Position numbers and translations under genes: made by a program
The notes under the pieces: model-generated
The model's input: only the letters and a program-made list of their open reading frames with translations
What the model was told of the DNA's origin: nothing
Database searches by the model: none
Part shown: positions 22,280-35,530 of the stretch, in pieces
Numbering within the stretch: the first letter of the stretch is position 1
How the letters are laid out: every line of letters starts with the position of its first letter
Assembly: GCF_030028105.1 (NCBI RefSeq)
Contig: NC_092374.1
Coordinates: 176,972,057 to 177,036,056 of the forward strand
Reading direction: 5' to 3'
DNA length: 64,000 nucleotides
From: Mobula birostris
Lineage: Eukaryota

Positions 22280-23850
22280 TTCATCAGGAAGTTGAACCCA
22301 CAAGAGAGCATCCAGCCCCGATAGGATACCTGGCCAAGTACTGAAGACCTCTGGTGATCATGTCACTGGAGTGTTCACTTAAAGCTTTTAATCTCTCACT
22401 TCAGCAGTCTAAGGTACCCATCTGCTTCAAGCAGGCTTCAATCTCACTGGTGCCAAAGAAGAATGTGGTAACCTACCCCAGTGACCATCATTCTGCAGCA
22501 CCTACATCAACTGTGATGATATATTCCAAGAGGTTAGTGATGAAACATATCAACTTATGTCTGAGAAACATCTTGGATCCATTCCAATTTGCACACCTTC
22601 ACAACAGGTCCACAGCAGATGCCATTTCATTGGCTCTTCACTCAACCCTGGAACATCAGGACAGCAAAGGTGCATACATCACAATACTCTTTATAGGCAT
22701 TTAATAGTATCACCCCCTCCAAAGTAATCAATAAGCTTCAAAACCTTGGCCTTAATATCTCCATGTGCAATTGGATCCTCAATTTCCTCGCATGTAAACA
22801 CCAGTCAGTTCAGATTGCCAGCAACATGTCCATCAGCACAGATACACCACAAGGCTATGTGCAGGGCACCCTGCTGTACTTGCTTTATGCTTTTGGCTGT
22901 GCGGCTATGCACAGCTCCAATGCCATATGTAAGTTTGTTGGCTGAATCAAAGGCGGTGATGAATTAGCATGTAGGAGGCAGATTGAAAATCTAGCTGAGT
23001 GGCATCACAACAACAATTTCTTACTCAATGTCAGCAAGATCAAGGGGCTGATTATTGACTTCAGGAGGAAGAAACCAGAGCTCTGTGAGCCAGTCCTCAT
23101 CGGGGGATAAGATGTGGAGAGGGTTAGAGACTTTAAATTCCTCGGTGCTATTACTTCAGATGATCTGTCCTGGGTCTAGCAGTAAGTGCCATTACTTCCT
23201 TAATTTTGTGAAGATTTGGCATAAAATCTAAAACATTGATAAACATTTGCAGTTGGATGGTGGAGGGTACATTGACTGGCTGCATTGCAGCCTATTATGG
23301 AAACACTAATGCCCTTGAATGGAAAATCCTACAAACAAATAGTGGATGCAGCCTAGTCCATCACGGTTAAAGCCCTCTGTACCAGTGAGCACAACTACAT
23401 GGTGAGCTGCTGCAGGAAAGCAGCATCCATCATCAAGGATGCCCACCACCCAGGCCTTGCTCTCTGCTCTCTGCTGCCATCAGCAAGAATGTACAGGAGC
23501 CTCAGGGTTTTCACCACCAGCTTCAGAAACAGTCAGTACCCCTCAACTATTCGGCTTTTAAACCGGAAGGGATATCTTCCCTCACTCCATGACTGAACTG
23601 TTCACACAACCTATGAACTCACTTTCAAAGTCTTTTCATCTCATGTTCTCAACACTGTATTTGTTGATTGTGTATTTATTTATTTACTTATTTAGTTGTT
23701 TGCACAGTTTTTTTGTTTTTCCGTCCTGTTGAGTGCAGACCTTTGATGATTCTATCGTGTTTCTTGGATTCACCGTGTATGTCCAACCTGTCTCAGGGTT
23801 GTATATGGTAACATATGCATACTTTGATAATAACATTACTTTGAACAGAA
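22280..23850 (+). mobile_element. Rex1/Babar-like LINE, RT to 3' tail, disrupted
   Basis: ORFs 22354..22704 (VPICFKQASI..VPKK, DPFQFA..NRSTADAISLALH), 22763..22945 and 23399..23596 (HHPG..LLPSAR.YRSLR). GATAATAA...CTTTGAAC tail. Confidence 0.85.
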
Positions 23851-24706
23851 GTGGGAAAGTGAGCACATGCTTGAAGAGCCTGCAAGCATGGTCAGGCTCT
23901 GACCACACTGGCTAAAGCCAGGTCACTAGATTTGGCTCACAAACTCAACGGTAAAGCTCAGCTCTAAAGTGAGCGAGGTTCTAAAATTGCTTTAAAATTG
24001 TTCTAAAAATTATAGGAAACTTTCAGTCAAATTGAAATTTTGTTAATAAGTTCATTTATGTTTGTCCAAAAGTTGGGTGCTCATACTCCAGGAAGGAGCT
24101 GTACAAGGTAAGATTTTGATTAATCTGATGTTTCAGCATCTGGGTCACAGATAACACTTCCCTTGCTCCCCGAACCTCACCGTTGCCTCAATTCCCATAG
24201 TTCGAGGTGACTCACTTGGGTCTCTACTTCTGTTTTCCCCTCAATGTCTATTTTCTGGGTTCCCTTCAAACGCTCTCCGTTATTCTCTACTGAAATTGAC
24301 AGGGTCCTCGGAACAGTACCGGAGTTCCTGTTCTCGGCCTCCCCAGATATTTGTTAGTGTCCCAGATGCCACGCTCCCTGGAAATTGACCAGGCTCTTAA
24401 TCCCTTGTACTCTTCCGAGGTCACAGGAAAATTTATCATAACATTGCGTAAGATCTTTAAAAGAGTTGAAAACGCATCGGGATATTACATTGGGTTACAT
24501 TCAGTACTCGTGAAATTCTGATAGTCTGGTTCCTCTAAAGTCTTGAGCGTACTGGGATATCGGAGCTTCACGGGACTTGCTATGGAGGGAATGCGGTCGA
24601 GATTCACCTGGGTCCTGGCCTGTGGAGTTCCTTCAGCACTTTGCTTGTGCTAAGGCTGGAATTCTTGGGGGTTCTTTCTTACGTTCGCGGAACAGGCACT
24701 CCCCAG

Positions 24707-24765
24707 TTACAAACGCCCTTATGGACTTACAAACGCCTTATGGACTTACAAACCGACATATGGAC
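24707..24765. repeat. 3 x ~19-20 bp tandem (TTACAAACGCCTTATGGAC)
   Basis: Units at 24707, 24727 and 24746. Confidence 0.8.
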
Positions 24766-25779
24766 ACTTATAAACACTCATGGAATCGTGCATTTGCCAG
24801 ACCAAGGTGGATGGGAGCTTATACGGAGCTGCCGGCACCTTCTGCGGGGAGGGTACGGGGCATCTACCGTGCCTGCACTCTCCCCACCCAAAGTCGTACT
24901 AATTGGGCTCTCTGTAGAGCTGAGCAGACTCGCTCCATCTCTCACTGAGTCAACAAGGCCTGCTGGTGGGCGCACTTTATTTTTAAACCAAGGTTTATTC
25001 GTATGATTACAATCAATATTATACATTTTAAAGGACATACACACTATTTACAGTTTCATATTATAATACGGTCATGACTGTCCAAAACACACTTGAGCCC
25101 CTGAGGTGCCCACCGGTCCCTGAAAACGCCATGGACATGTATACACCTTCTCCAGGGACACCTAGGCATGGATGTAACCCTCTGGCGGCCGCTGTTCCCG
25201 TGTCTACATCGTTCTCCCGTCTCCCATGTTCCCACAATCCTCTCCCACACACAAAGGAACTCGGGTGAAGGCCAGTTGTCAGGACCCGGACCCTGCCGTA
25301 ACCCGGGGATGATCTGCATATTAAAGCCCTGATAACCCAGTGTTCTGGGGTTATCTGGTGGGGTTCGATCAGCAGGTTCTCAGGATTATTTGTATTGGTA
25401 TCTCACCAGCCTCTTATCTCGTTGTTAAGAAATATTACATAATCTGAGAATACATTTTGTCATGAACCGGGCAAGTAGAAAGGGTGCGCAGGAAACGGGT
25501 TTCAGTGAATGGACCGGAGGAAGCAGGGTTTCAGTGAGTGAGAGGGAACCCGGCAAATATTATCCGGTGAGCTGGATACTGAACCTTTGTGAACTCTGAA
25601 AAGCCAGTTAGTTGATTATTGGAGTGTTACTTTATTGTCCTTCTAACAGTGCAGAAGTCCATCACTTAGTTCCTTAAGGTTGTTATCGCCGGGGTGGTAA
25701 TGGGAATAAGCTGCCCCTGTTAAATTCTTCCAGTGGGGTGCGACTTAAATAGCCTGACAACCAAGTCCAGTTCCTGATC

Positions 25780-26545
25780 TTCATGTGTGACTACCAAGCC
25801 CAGCGGAACTGTTTCTACTGCCAGGAGAAGGACCAAAACTGGGTTACTGGCACTTTAAAACCAGTCCCGTCAGGAAGATGCGGCTCGTCAGCCGTGGTTG
25901 GCAATTTATCTAGGAGAAGGAAAACTCTGATCTCAAACCTCTGCTGCCTTGCAGCTATACCCACTCATGGGGAAGGCTTTGGGAGTAAACCCTTGAGGGA
26001 AAAATCTGGAGCTGCAGTCCCTACGTTGAGTTTATCGCTGACTGGCAAATCCCGCGACGCAGCTGCTGCCAAAATACATCGGTGTCTGTTGTTCCTTTCG
26101 GTTCTGCAGATGCCTGGAGAGAGGGAGCTTGCTACATGGGCAACAACTCGTTCTCCACATTATACTGCACAGGCTTGCGTATCTAGACAGCTAGGATGCC
26201 ACATCCACGGTCGACGCTGCCGACAAAGGCCTCAACAAGCCCATCAGTGCCGTTCGCTTCAGTCTGCAGTTCTCTCCCTGTATTATCTCCGATCACTGCT
26301 GAAGTTACTAAATACCGCTGCTCTGACAGTGCAGACCTCCCGCAGCACTCCTCTTCAGTATTTTGCACCAGGCAGGATGATCTCTGACAGACTCGAGCTA
26401 CTCAAGGATATCATCGAGTACGTGCAGAGAGGGGGCTGGAAGTCTGCCATGTCAGGTTGGACCAGGAAAAGGCCTTCGCCATGATATGCCACACAGACAT
26501 TATGGGGTGACTCTAAAACTGGGGTTTGGTGAGGTTGCAATATGG
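25780..26545 (+). pseudogene. Degenerate Tx1/L1-type RT fragment
   Basis: FAPGRMISDRLELLKDIIEYVQRG continues after a frameshift into EVCHVRLDQEKAF...H...GFG, the L1/Tx1 RT PGR..SDN...DxEKAFD region. Confidence 0.65.
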
Positions 26546-26619
26546 TGCCGGTGAATCACGGTGACATTTTGTGGGCATGTACAATACTTCTAAATATACC
26601 TCTTTTGAATTATTCTCAC

Positions 26620-29430
26620 TGCGATCTGCAGCGTGTGATTTCCCTTTAAGCAATATACTTTTAAATTGAGGTTGGGTTGGACTATGAAGCGTCTGTTAAG
26701 GTTTCCTTTTTGTTCTTTGTTTCCTCTTTTACTGTACTATTTAAATGGCTGTGATGTGCTCTTCATGACAGATGTTGGAGAACTGGAAGACCCAGAATCT
26801 CCTGGAGATCTACATCTGTGTGAAATGCATCTGCCTGCAGCTCCTTGAAGACCGTGTTAGGGATCTGGAGCAGCAACTGGATGACCTTTGGCTTGTACGG
26901 GAGAGTGAGGACATAACTGATCAAAGTTACAGGGAAGTAGTTACCCTGCAGGAGGTGAATAGCTGGGTGACTGTTAGTAGAAATGGAAATAGGCAGTTAG
27001 AGCAGAGCACCCCTGCGGCCATTCCCCTCAAAGAGTGGTGAATTTGTGGAATTGGTTGCCACATGCTGCTGTGGAGGTCGGGTCGTTGGGTGTACTTAAG
27101 GCAGAGATTGATAGGATGTTGATTGGACATAGCATCAAAGGTGACAGGGAGAAGGCTGGGAACTGGGGTTGAGGAAGAGAAGAAAAAAGAATCAACCATG
27201 ATTGAATGTCAGAGAAGACTTGATGGACCAGATGGCCAAATTCTGCTCCTGTGTCTTACGGTCTTATGGATACTGGATTTGCTGTTAGGGAATGATACAG
27301 GGCAGGTGACATAAGTTTGTATAGGGGAACATTTTGCATCCAATGCCCATAATGCCATTAGTTTCAAGGTAAACATGCAAAAAGAAAGGTCTAGTCCACG
27401 GGCTGAGATTCTAAATTGGAGAAAGGCTAATATTGATGGTATAAGAAAGAATCTGGTAAGTGTGGATTGTGAATTGCTGTTTTCTGGCAAAGGTGTACTT
27501 GGAAAGTGAGAGTCCTTCAAAAACAAATTTTGAGAGTACAAAGCTTGTATGTACTTGTCATATAAATGGTAAAGATTACAAGTGCAGGGAACCTTGGTTT
27601 TCAAGAAATATTGAGGCCCCAGTTAAGAGAAAAAAGGTGTCTAGCAGGCACTGGCAGGGAGAAACAAATGAGGTGCTTATGGAGTACAAGAAATGCAAGA
27701 GAACATTTAAGAAAGAAACCGGGAAGGCTATAAGAAGACATGAAGTTGCTCAAGCAGAGAAGGTGAAGGAGAATCCCGAAGGATTCTGTAGATATGTTAA
27801 GAGCAAAAGGATTGCAAGGGACAACATTGGTCTTCGGGAAGACCAGAATAGTAATCCATGTGTGGAGCAGAAACAGATGAGGAAGATCTTCAATACATTG
27901 TTTGCATCTGTATTTACTCAGGAGACAGACACAGAGTCAACAGAAGTGAGGCAAAGCAGCATCAACTTCATGGACCCTTTGCAGATTATAGAGGAGGAGG
28001 TGTTTGCTACCCTGAGGGAAATCAGTGTGTATATAATCCCAGGGTCTTACAAGGTAGGAGGGAAGTGCAGAACTTGCCAGGGTCCTAGCTGAGATATTTT
28101 AAACCTCCTTAACAACAGGAGAGGTACCAGACGACTGGAGGATAGCCAATGTTTTTTTCTGCTGTTTAAAAAAGGCTATAAAGAGAAACAAGGAACTATA
28201 GGCTGGTGAGTTTGACACCAGTTGTGGAAAAGTTATTGGAAGGTATTCTAAGGGACTGGATATACAAGTATTTTGGTAGACATAGAATAATTAAGGATAG
28301 TTGGCATGGCTTCACACGTAGTAGCTTCAGTTGCTCAGTATTCAGGATGAGGTAGTCAATTGAATTAGTCACTGGCTTTGTGGGAGAAGCCAGACAGCAG
28401 TAGTAGACAATTGCCCCTCTGACTGGAGGTCTGTGACTTGTGGTGTTCTGCAGGGATCGGTGCTGGGTCCTTTGATGTTTGTCATCTATATCAATGATCT
28501 GGATGCTAATGTAGTTAACTGGATCAGCAAATTTGTGGATGATACCAAGGCTTGGGGTGTAGTGGACAGTGAGGAAGGTTATCATGGCTTGCAGACAGAT
28601 CTGCATCAGCTGGAAAAATGGGCTGAAAAATGGCAGATGCAATTTAGCGCAGACAAGTGTGAGGTGTTGCACTTTGGTTGGGCCATCCAGGGTAGGTCTT
28701 ACACAGTCAATAGTAGGGCACTGACGAGTGTGTTAGAAAAAAAGGGATCTGGGAATACAGGTCCATTATTCTTGGAAAGTAGTGTTCCAGGTAGATGGGG
28801 TTGTAAAGGAAGGTTTTGGCATGTTGCCCTTCATAAATCAAGGTATTGAGTACAGAAGATGGGATGTTATTTTGAAGTTGTATGAAATGTTGGGGAGGCC
28901 TAATTTGGAGCATTGTGTGTAGTTTTAATCAGGAAAGATGTAAACAAGGTTGAAAGAGAGAATCTACAAGAGTAAGGGGGAGGGGAAGAGTAAGAGGACC
29001 TGAGTTATAAGGAAAGATTGAATATTTTAGGAATGTGTTCTTTAGAATTTAGAAGACTGAGAGGAGATTTGATAAAGGTATACAAAATTATGAGGGGCAT
29101 AGATAGGGTAAATACAAACAGGCTTTCTTTTTCACTGAGGTTGGCTGGTACTACACCTGGATTAAGAGTGGCAGGTGAAAAGTTTAAGAGGATCATGAGG
29201 AGAAAGTTCTTCACTCAGGGCATTGTGAGGGTGTGGATTGAGCTTCCAGCACAAGTGGTTCATGCAAGCTCAATTTCACTGCTTAAGAGAAGTATGGATA
29301 GGTACGTGGAGAGTAGGGATATGGAGGGCTATGGTCCCAGAGTCGGTCAATTGGAATATGCAGTTTAAATGGTTTTGGCATGGACTAGATGGGCTGAAGG
29401 GCCTGTTTCTATGCTGTACTCTATGATTAA
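26620..29430 (+). mobile_element. CR1 LINE, internally deleted (ORF1 zinc-finger/coiled coil + ORF2 RT + 3' end)
   Basis: ORF 26772..27041 (CVKCICLQLLEDRVRDLEQQL), 27460..28092, 28433..28849 (QGSVLGP, KFVDD) and 29018..29368. Confidence 0.9.
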
Positions 29431-30019
29431 TCCCAGAAAGTTCATTGGTGTACTGACTTCTTCAAATCACATCTTGCCAGTTGCACAATTCTTTCTATGT
29501 GAGAGAAGGAGAGTATTTGATGGTATTTTCATGGCATAACTGTATCAGTTTTTCTGGTTGTTTTTTTCCAGATGGAGTAAAATTAGAGCACATTTTTAAT
29601 TTCTCCTGGAAGATTATTTGAATGAATGCTTGCCTTTATCTTTTAGACATAACTTAATATTTTACAGATGATTAAATTTTGATCATATTAACCATCATTT
29701 AAGATGAGATACTGAGTTTGTGAAAGAGGCAAGCAGTGTTGGATTCTGAATGTCTGCTTCCAAAAAGCTGCAGCACTTTAAATTCAGCTGCGATGTGTTC
29801 TGTCATTGAAGCATGTTTGCCATGTGGTAATGTACAATTAGGGGTTGAATTTCAATTTTTAAACATTTTCCATAAATTATTTTAGTTTTTCCTCCAATTT
29901 AATAAATTTCTGTCATTTATAACTAAATAAAAATCAATTGATTTTTTAAAAAGTTGTTGTCATGGGGAATTTCAACTTCCCTAATACATATTGGGACCTT
30001 CTTAGTGAAAGGGATTCAG

Positions 30020-32580
30020 GTGGGGTTGAATCACATACAAGAGAAAATCTGCAGATGCTGGGAATCAAAATAATACACACAATATGCTGGAGGAACTCAA
30101 CAGGACAGGAAGCATCTATGGAAAAGAGTAAACAGTCGACATCTTGGGCCGATACCCTTCATTGGGGCTGGAAAAAAAGAGATGGGAAGTCAGAGTAAGA
30201 TGTTAGGGGGAGGGGAAGAGGAAGTAGAAGGTAGTAGATGATAGGTGACACCTGGAGAGGGCGAGGGGTGGAGTAAAGAGCTGGGAAGTTGACTGGTGAA
30301 AGAGATAAAGGGCTGTACAGGGGGAAATCTGATTGGAGAGGACAGAAGGCCATGGAAGGAAGTGAAGGAGAAGGAGCACCGGGGAGGTGATGGACAGGTA
30401 AGCAGATTAGGTGATGGGGGAAACGGGAACGGGAAATGGTAAAGGGGGCGGCAATTACTGGAAGTTCGAGAAATCAATGTTCATGCCATCAGGTTGGAGG
30501 CTACCCAGACGGAATATAAGATATTACTCCTCCAACTGAGTGAGGCCTCATCATGGCAGCAGAGGAGGACATGGACTGACACATCAGAAGGGGAAGTAGA
30601 ATTGAAATGGGTGGCCCTGGGAATTCCTGCTTTTTCTGGTGAAGGGAAAGGTGTGCTTGGTGGTGGAATCCTATTGGAGATGGTGGAAGTTGCAGAGAAT
30701 CATGTACCGAATGCTGAGGCTGGTGGGGTGGTAGGTGAGGACAAGAGGAATCCTATCTCTGGTAGGATGATGGGAGGATGGGGTGAGGCAGACATGTGTG
30801 AAATGGAAGAGATGTGGGTGAGGGCAGCATTGATTGTGGAGGAAGGAAAACCCCTTTCTTTGAAATAGGAGGACATTTCAATTGTACCAGAATGAAAATC
30901 CTCATCTTGAGAGCAGATGCGGTAGAGATGGAGGAATTGAGAGAAGGAGTGGCAATTTTATGAGTGACAGGGTGGTATGAGGTGTCGTACAGGTAGCTGT
31001 GAGAATCAGTGGGTTTATAAAAGATTTCAGTGGATAAACTGTCTCCAGAGATACAAGCAGAGAGATTGAGAAAGGGGAGGGAGGTGTTGGAAATGGATCA
31101 GGTAAATTTCTGGGGGGGTGGAAGATGGATGCAAAGTTGATGAAGTCAACGAGCTCTGCATGGGTGCAGGAAGCAGCCCTAATGCATCTTCGATGTAGCG
31201 TGGGAAAAGTTGGGGAGTGATACCGATGAGGGCTTGGAACATAGAGTGTTCCACGTAGCCAGCAAAAAGGCAGGCATAGCTGGGACCAATGTTCCCTGTG
31301 AAGTGCACACATCTTTTGCTACTAGCACAGAAAGGAACTCAAACTGTGCAAAAAAAGGTTGTCACCTTCTACCTTCTACCTTGTTGGCATGCTAAATATT
31401 TTTTATGATTGTTCGCAATCATATTTCATTTCACAGTTTCTGAAGCGGACAGTTTTGACAACATAGAGATTGCGATGATTTGCCTGCAGGCTTATTGATA
31501 CTATTTTTATTGAAGAAGTTATTCAGTGCGCACATGCAGTTGTCACTGAGTAAAAAATTGCACAGCACAAGATTTTTGTGCACACTGGTCATTACAAATT
31601 AGAGAGAACATTGGCTGGGCCCCATGCAAATCCCCATGGCTACACCTTTTGTGGGGGAAGTGGGAGGAGACAAAGGAGAAATTATTGAGAGTGAGGACCA
31701 AGTCCGTCAGATAGAGTAGAGTGGTGGTGGAAGGGAACTCGTTGGGTCTGGTGTCCAGAAAGGAGGGCTTTGAGGCCTGGTGAGGGACGGAGGTGCACAG
31801 GGACTGGACACCCATAGTGAAAATGAGATGACCAGGGCCAGAGAACTTGAAGTCATTGAAAGATCAAGAGCGTGTGATGTATCACAGATATAGGTAGGAA
31901 GGGACTGAACTGGGGGGAGAAACAGAGTCAAGGTATGCAGATATAAGTTTTGTGGGGCAGGAACAAGCAGAAACAATGGTTCTATCTGGACAGGCAGGTT
32001 TATGGGCATTGGGAAGATGGTAAAAATAGAAGGTATGGGATAAGGAAACTATGTGGTTGGTGGTAGTGGATGGGAGCCCCCAGAGTTAATAAAGACAGTG
32101 ATGGGCATAAAATGGCCTGGTGCTCCTTAGTGGGGTCTGTTTGAGGGGTAGATAAGAGGAGGTGTCTGAGAGTTGTTGCCTGGCCTCACCAATGTAAAGG
32201 TCAGTCTGTCAGACAACTACAGAACCGCACTTATCTGTGGGTTTGTTGGTGAGGTTAGGATTGGAGAGGGGAATGGTAAAATCAAGACGGTTGATGTCTC
32301 GTAGGCAGTTAGCAATGAAAAGATATAGAGCAGGCAGGAGACCCGAGCAGGGAGTCCAGGAAGAGGAGGAGGGTTGGATGGGAGAAGGACTTATCAGTGC
32401 AAGCTGGAGAGTCCTTGCCAAAGAAGTAGGCACGGAGAAGGAGGCAGCAGAGGAAGAGCTCAGTATCATAGCGGTCATGGAACTCACTGAGGAGTGGGTG
32501 CGGGGTACAAAGGGAAGGCCTTTGCTGAGGACTGAACTTTCTGCCCCAGACAGGTGAAGGTCAGAGGGAATATAGGGTAT
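30020..32580 (-). mobile_element. Penelope-like element (RT + GIY-YIG C-terminus), disrupted
   Basis: ORF 31027..31308 (GPSYACLFAGYVE...PRYIEDA). Degenerate DE..L..EEQHLIFRLG.LQPDGMN at 30480-30580. EARQQLSDTSSYLPL at 32150-32190. Confidence 0.85.
31287..31613. mobile_element. hAT-type MITE, 327 bp, in the Penelope RT
   Basis: TIRs CAATGTTC(C/T)CT. 8-bp TSD GCTGGGAC (31279-31286) / GCTGGGCC (31614-31621). Confidence 0.85.
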
Positions 32581-33830
32581 GAATGCCAGATGGGGTTGAA
32601 TTTGTTCAGTGTATTCAGGAAGGATTCTTCAATCCATATGTGGACAGTCCGATGAGTGGAGAGGCCGTATTGGACCTGCTGTTGGGTCATGAGCCTGGCC
32701 GGGTGACTGACCTTTTAGTGGATGGGGACAGTTAGGGAGCAGTGACCACAACTCCTCATCTTTCAGCATAAGTACAGGTATCGATAAAGTTAGGTGTGGT
32801 CCTTGTGGAGAGTTTTAAATGAGAGTAGGGTAAATTATGAGGGCATTAGGCAGGAACTAAGAACTGCTAATTGGAAACACTCTCCTCTGACAAGTTCACT
32901 TTAGACATGTGAAGGATGTTTAAAGATCAATACCACAGTGTACTGGAAAAGTATGTTTTTTCAATTTCTCCTGGATAATTATTTGAATCAATGCTTGTCT
33001 TTATCTTGATGGTATTTTAATAGTTTAACTATATCAGTTATTCTGATTGGTTTATTCCAGATGGGGTAAAATCAGAGCAGATTTTTAATTTCTCCTGGAT
33101 CAATTCTTGTCTTTATCTTTCAGACAGGATGAAATATTTTATAAATGTTGAAATATTTATCACATTAACTATTAACACCAAGTTCCTGAGTTGTGAAAGA
33201 GGCAAGCACAGTTGGATTCTGCATGTTTGGATCCAAGTGCTGGAGCATTTTAAATTCAGCTGTGAACAGTACATTGGTTAAGAAGGCAATGGAATGTTTG
33301 CTCTTATTAGTGGAGGCAATGAGTTCAAAAATCAGGAGGTTATGCTGCAACTTTATAAAACTCTGGTTCGACCAGATCTGGAGTATGACGTACAGTTCTG
33401 GTAGCCCCATGATAGAAAGGGTGTTGAGACTTTGGAGAGGGCGCAGAAGAGCTTCACCAGGATGTTGCCTGGTTTAGAGGGTGTGTGCTAACATGAGATG
33501 CTAGATAAACTTGGGTTCCTTTCTCTGGAGCGTCGGAGGATGAGGGGAGATCTGACTGAGGTTTACAAGATTATGTGAGGCATAGGTAGAGTGGACAGAG
33601 AGTATCCATTCCCAAGGTTGAAATGTCTCATACCAGAGGGCATGAATTAAAGGTGAGACGGGGTAGGTTCAAGGGGAACGTGAGAGGTGTTCTTTGACTG
33701 AGAGTTGTGGAAGTCTGACATGGTGGTAGAGGCAAACATATTAGAGGCAGTTAAGAGACGTTTGGATAGGCACATGGATATAAGGAGGATGGAGGGAAAT
33801 GTACAATGTAGGCAGGACGGATTAGTGTTT
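32580..33830 (+). mobile_element. CR1 fragments (32580-32940 APE; 33270-33830 3' end)
   Basis: LDLLLGHEPG-like motif; KSRE..LQLYKTLVRP-type 3' RT sequence. Confidence 0.7.
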
Positions 33831-33839
33831 GGGTGTTTT

Positions 33840-35530
33840 TGATTTGGTTTTTAATTGCCTCTGTATTTACTAAGGAAACTGGCATGGAGTCAATAGAAAT
33901 GAGGCAAACAAGTAGTGAGGTCATGGAAACTATACAAACTGAAGAGGAGGAGGTGCTTGCTATCTTGAGGCAAATCAGGGTAGATAATCCCCAGGACCTA
34001 ACAGGGTATTCCCTCGGACCATGAAGGAGACTAGTGTTGAAATTGGAGGGGCCCTGACAGATATATTTAAAATGTCAATATCCACGGGTGAAGTGCCGGA
34101 GGATTGACGGATAGCTCATGTTGTTCCCTTGTTTTAAAAAAAAGTAATCCAGGAACTTATAGGCTGGTAAGTTTGACATTGGTAGTAGGTAAATTATTGG
34201 AAGGAGTACTAAGAGATAGGATTATTAGATAGGATTGACTTATTAGGGAGAGTCAACATGGCTTTTTGTGTGCTAGGTCATGTTTAACAAATCTATTAGA
34301 ATTTTTCGAGGAGGTTACCAGGAAAGTGGATGTAGGGAAGGTAATGGGTGTTGTCTATATGGTCTTCAGTAAGGCCTTTGACAAGGATCCGCATGGGAGG
34401 TTGGTTAGGAAGGTTCAGTCACTAGGTATACATGGTGAGGTAGTAAATTGGATTAGACATTGGCTCAATGGGAGAAGCCAGGGAGTGGTAGTGGAGGATC
34501 GCTTCTCTGAGTAGAGGCCTGTGACTAGTGGTGTGCCACAGGGATCAGTGCTAGGTCCATTGTTATTTGTCATCTATATCAGTGATCTGGATGATAATGT
34601 GGTAAATTGGATCGGCAAATTTGCTGATGATACAAAGATTGGAGGAGTAGTGGACAGTGAGGAAGGTTTTTAAAGCTTGCAGAGGGATTTGGACCAGCTG
34701 GAAAAATGGGCTGAAAAATGGCAGATGGAGTTTAATACAGACAAGTGTGAGGTATTGCACTTTGGAAGGACAAACCAAGGTAGAACACACAGGGTAAATG
34801 GTAGGGCACTGAGGAGTGCAATAAAACAGAGGGATCTGGGAATAAAGATACAAAATTCCCTAAAAGTGGCGTCACAGGTAGATAGGGTCATAAAGAGAGC
34901 TTTTGGTACATTGGTCTTTTTTCAATCAAAGTACTGAGTATAGGAGTTGGAATGTTATGGTGAGGTTGTATAAGACCATGGTGAGGCCGAATTTGGTGTA
35001 TTGTGGGCAGTTTTGGTCACCAAATTACAGGAAGGATATTAATAAGGTTGAAAGAGTGCAGAGAAGGTTTACAACGATCTTGCCAGGACTTGAGAAACTG
35101 AGTTACCAAGAAAGGTTGAATAGGTTAAGACTTTATTCCCTGGAGCGTAGAAGAATGAGGGGAGATTTGATAGAGGTATATAAAATTATGATGGGTATAG
35201 ATAGAGTGAATGCAAGCAGGCTCTTTCCACTGAGGCAAGGGGAGAAAAAAACCAGAGGACATGGGTTAAGGGTGAAGGGGGAGAAGTTTACAGGGAACAT
35301 TGTGGGGGTTCTTCACACAGAGAGTGGTGGGAGTGTGGAATGAGCTGCCAGATAAAGTGGTAAATGCGGGCGCACTTTTAACATTTAGTAAAAACTTGAA
35401 CAGGTACGTGGATGAGAGGTGTATGAAGGGATATGGTCCAGGTGCAGGTCAGTGGGACTAGGCAGAAAAATGGTTTGGCACAGCCAAGAAGGGCCAAAAG
35501 GCCTGTTTCTGTGCTGTAATGTTTCTATGG
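33840..35530 (+). mobile_element. CR1 LINE RT to 3' end, disrupted
   Basis: ORFs 34266..34514 (RSCLTNLLEFFEEVT, FSKAFDK), 34677..34937 and 34903..35343. Confidence 0.92.

Noticed and set aside
25783-26484. 233-aa ORF as a novel host gene
   Set aside because: Its C-terminal part matches L1/Tx1 RT motifs, with the DQEKAF motif continuing in another frame. It is a decayed retroelement.
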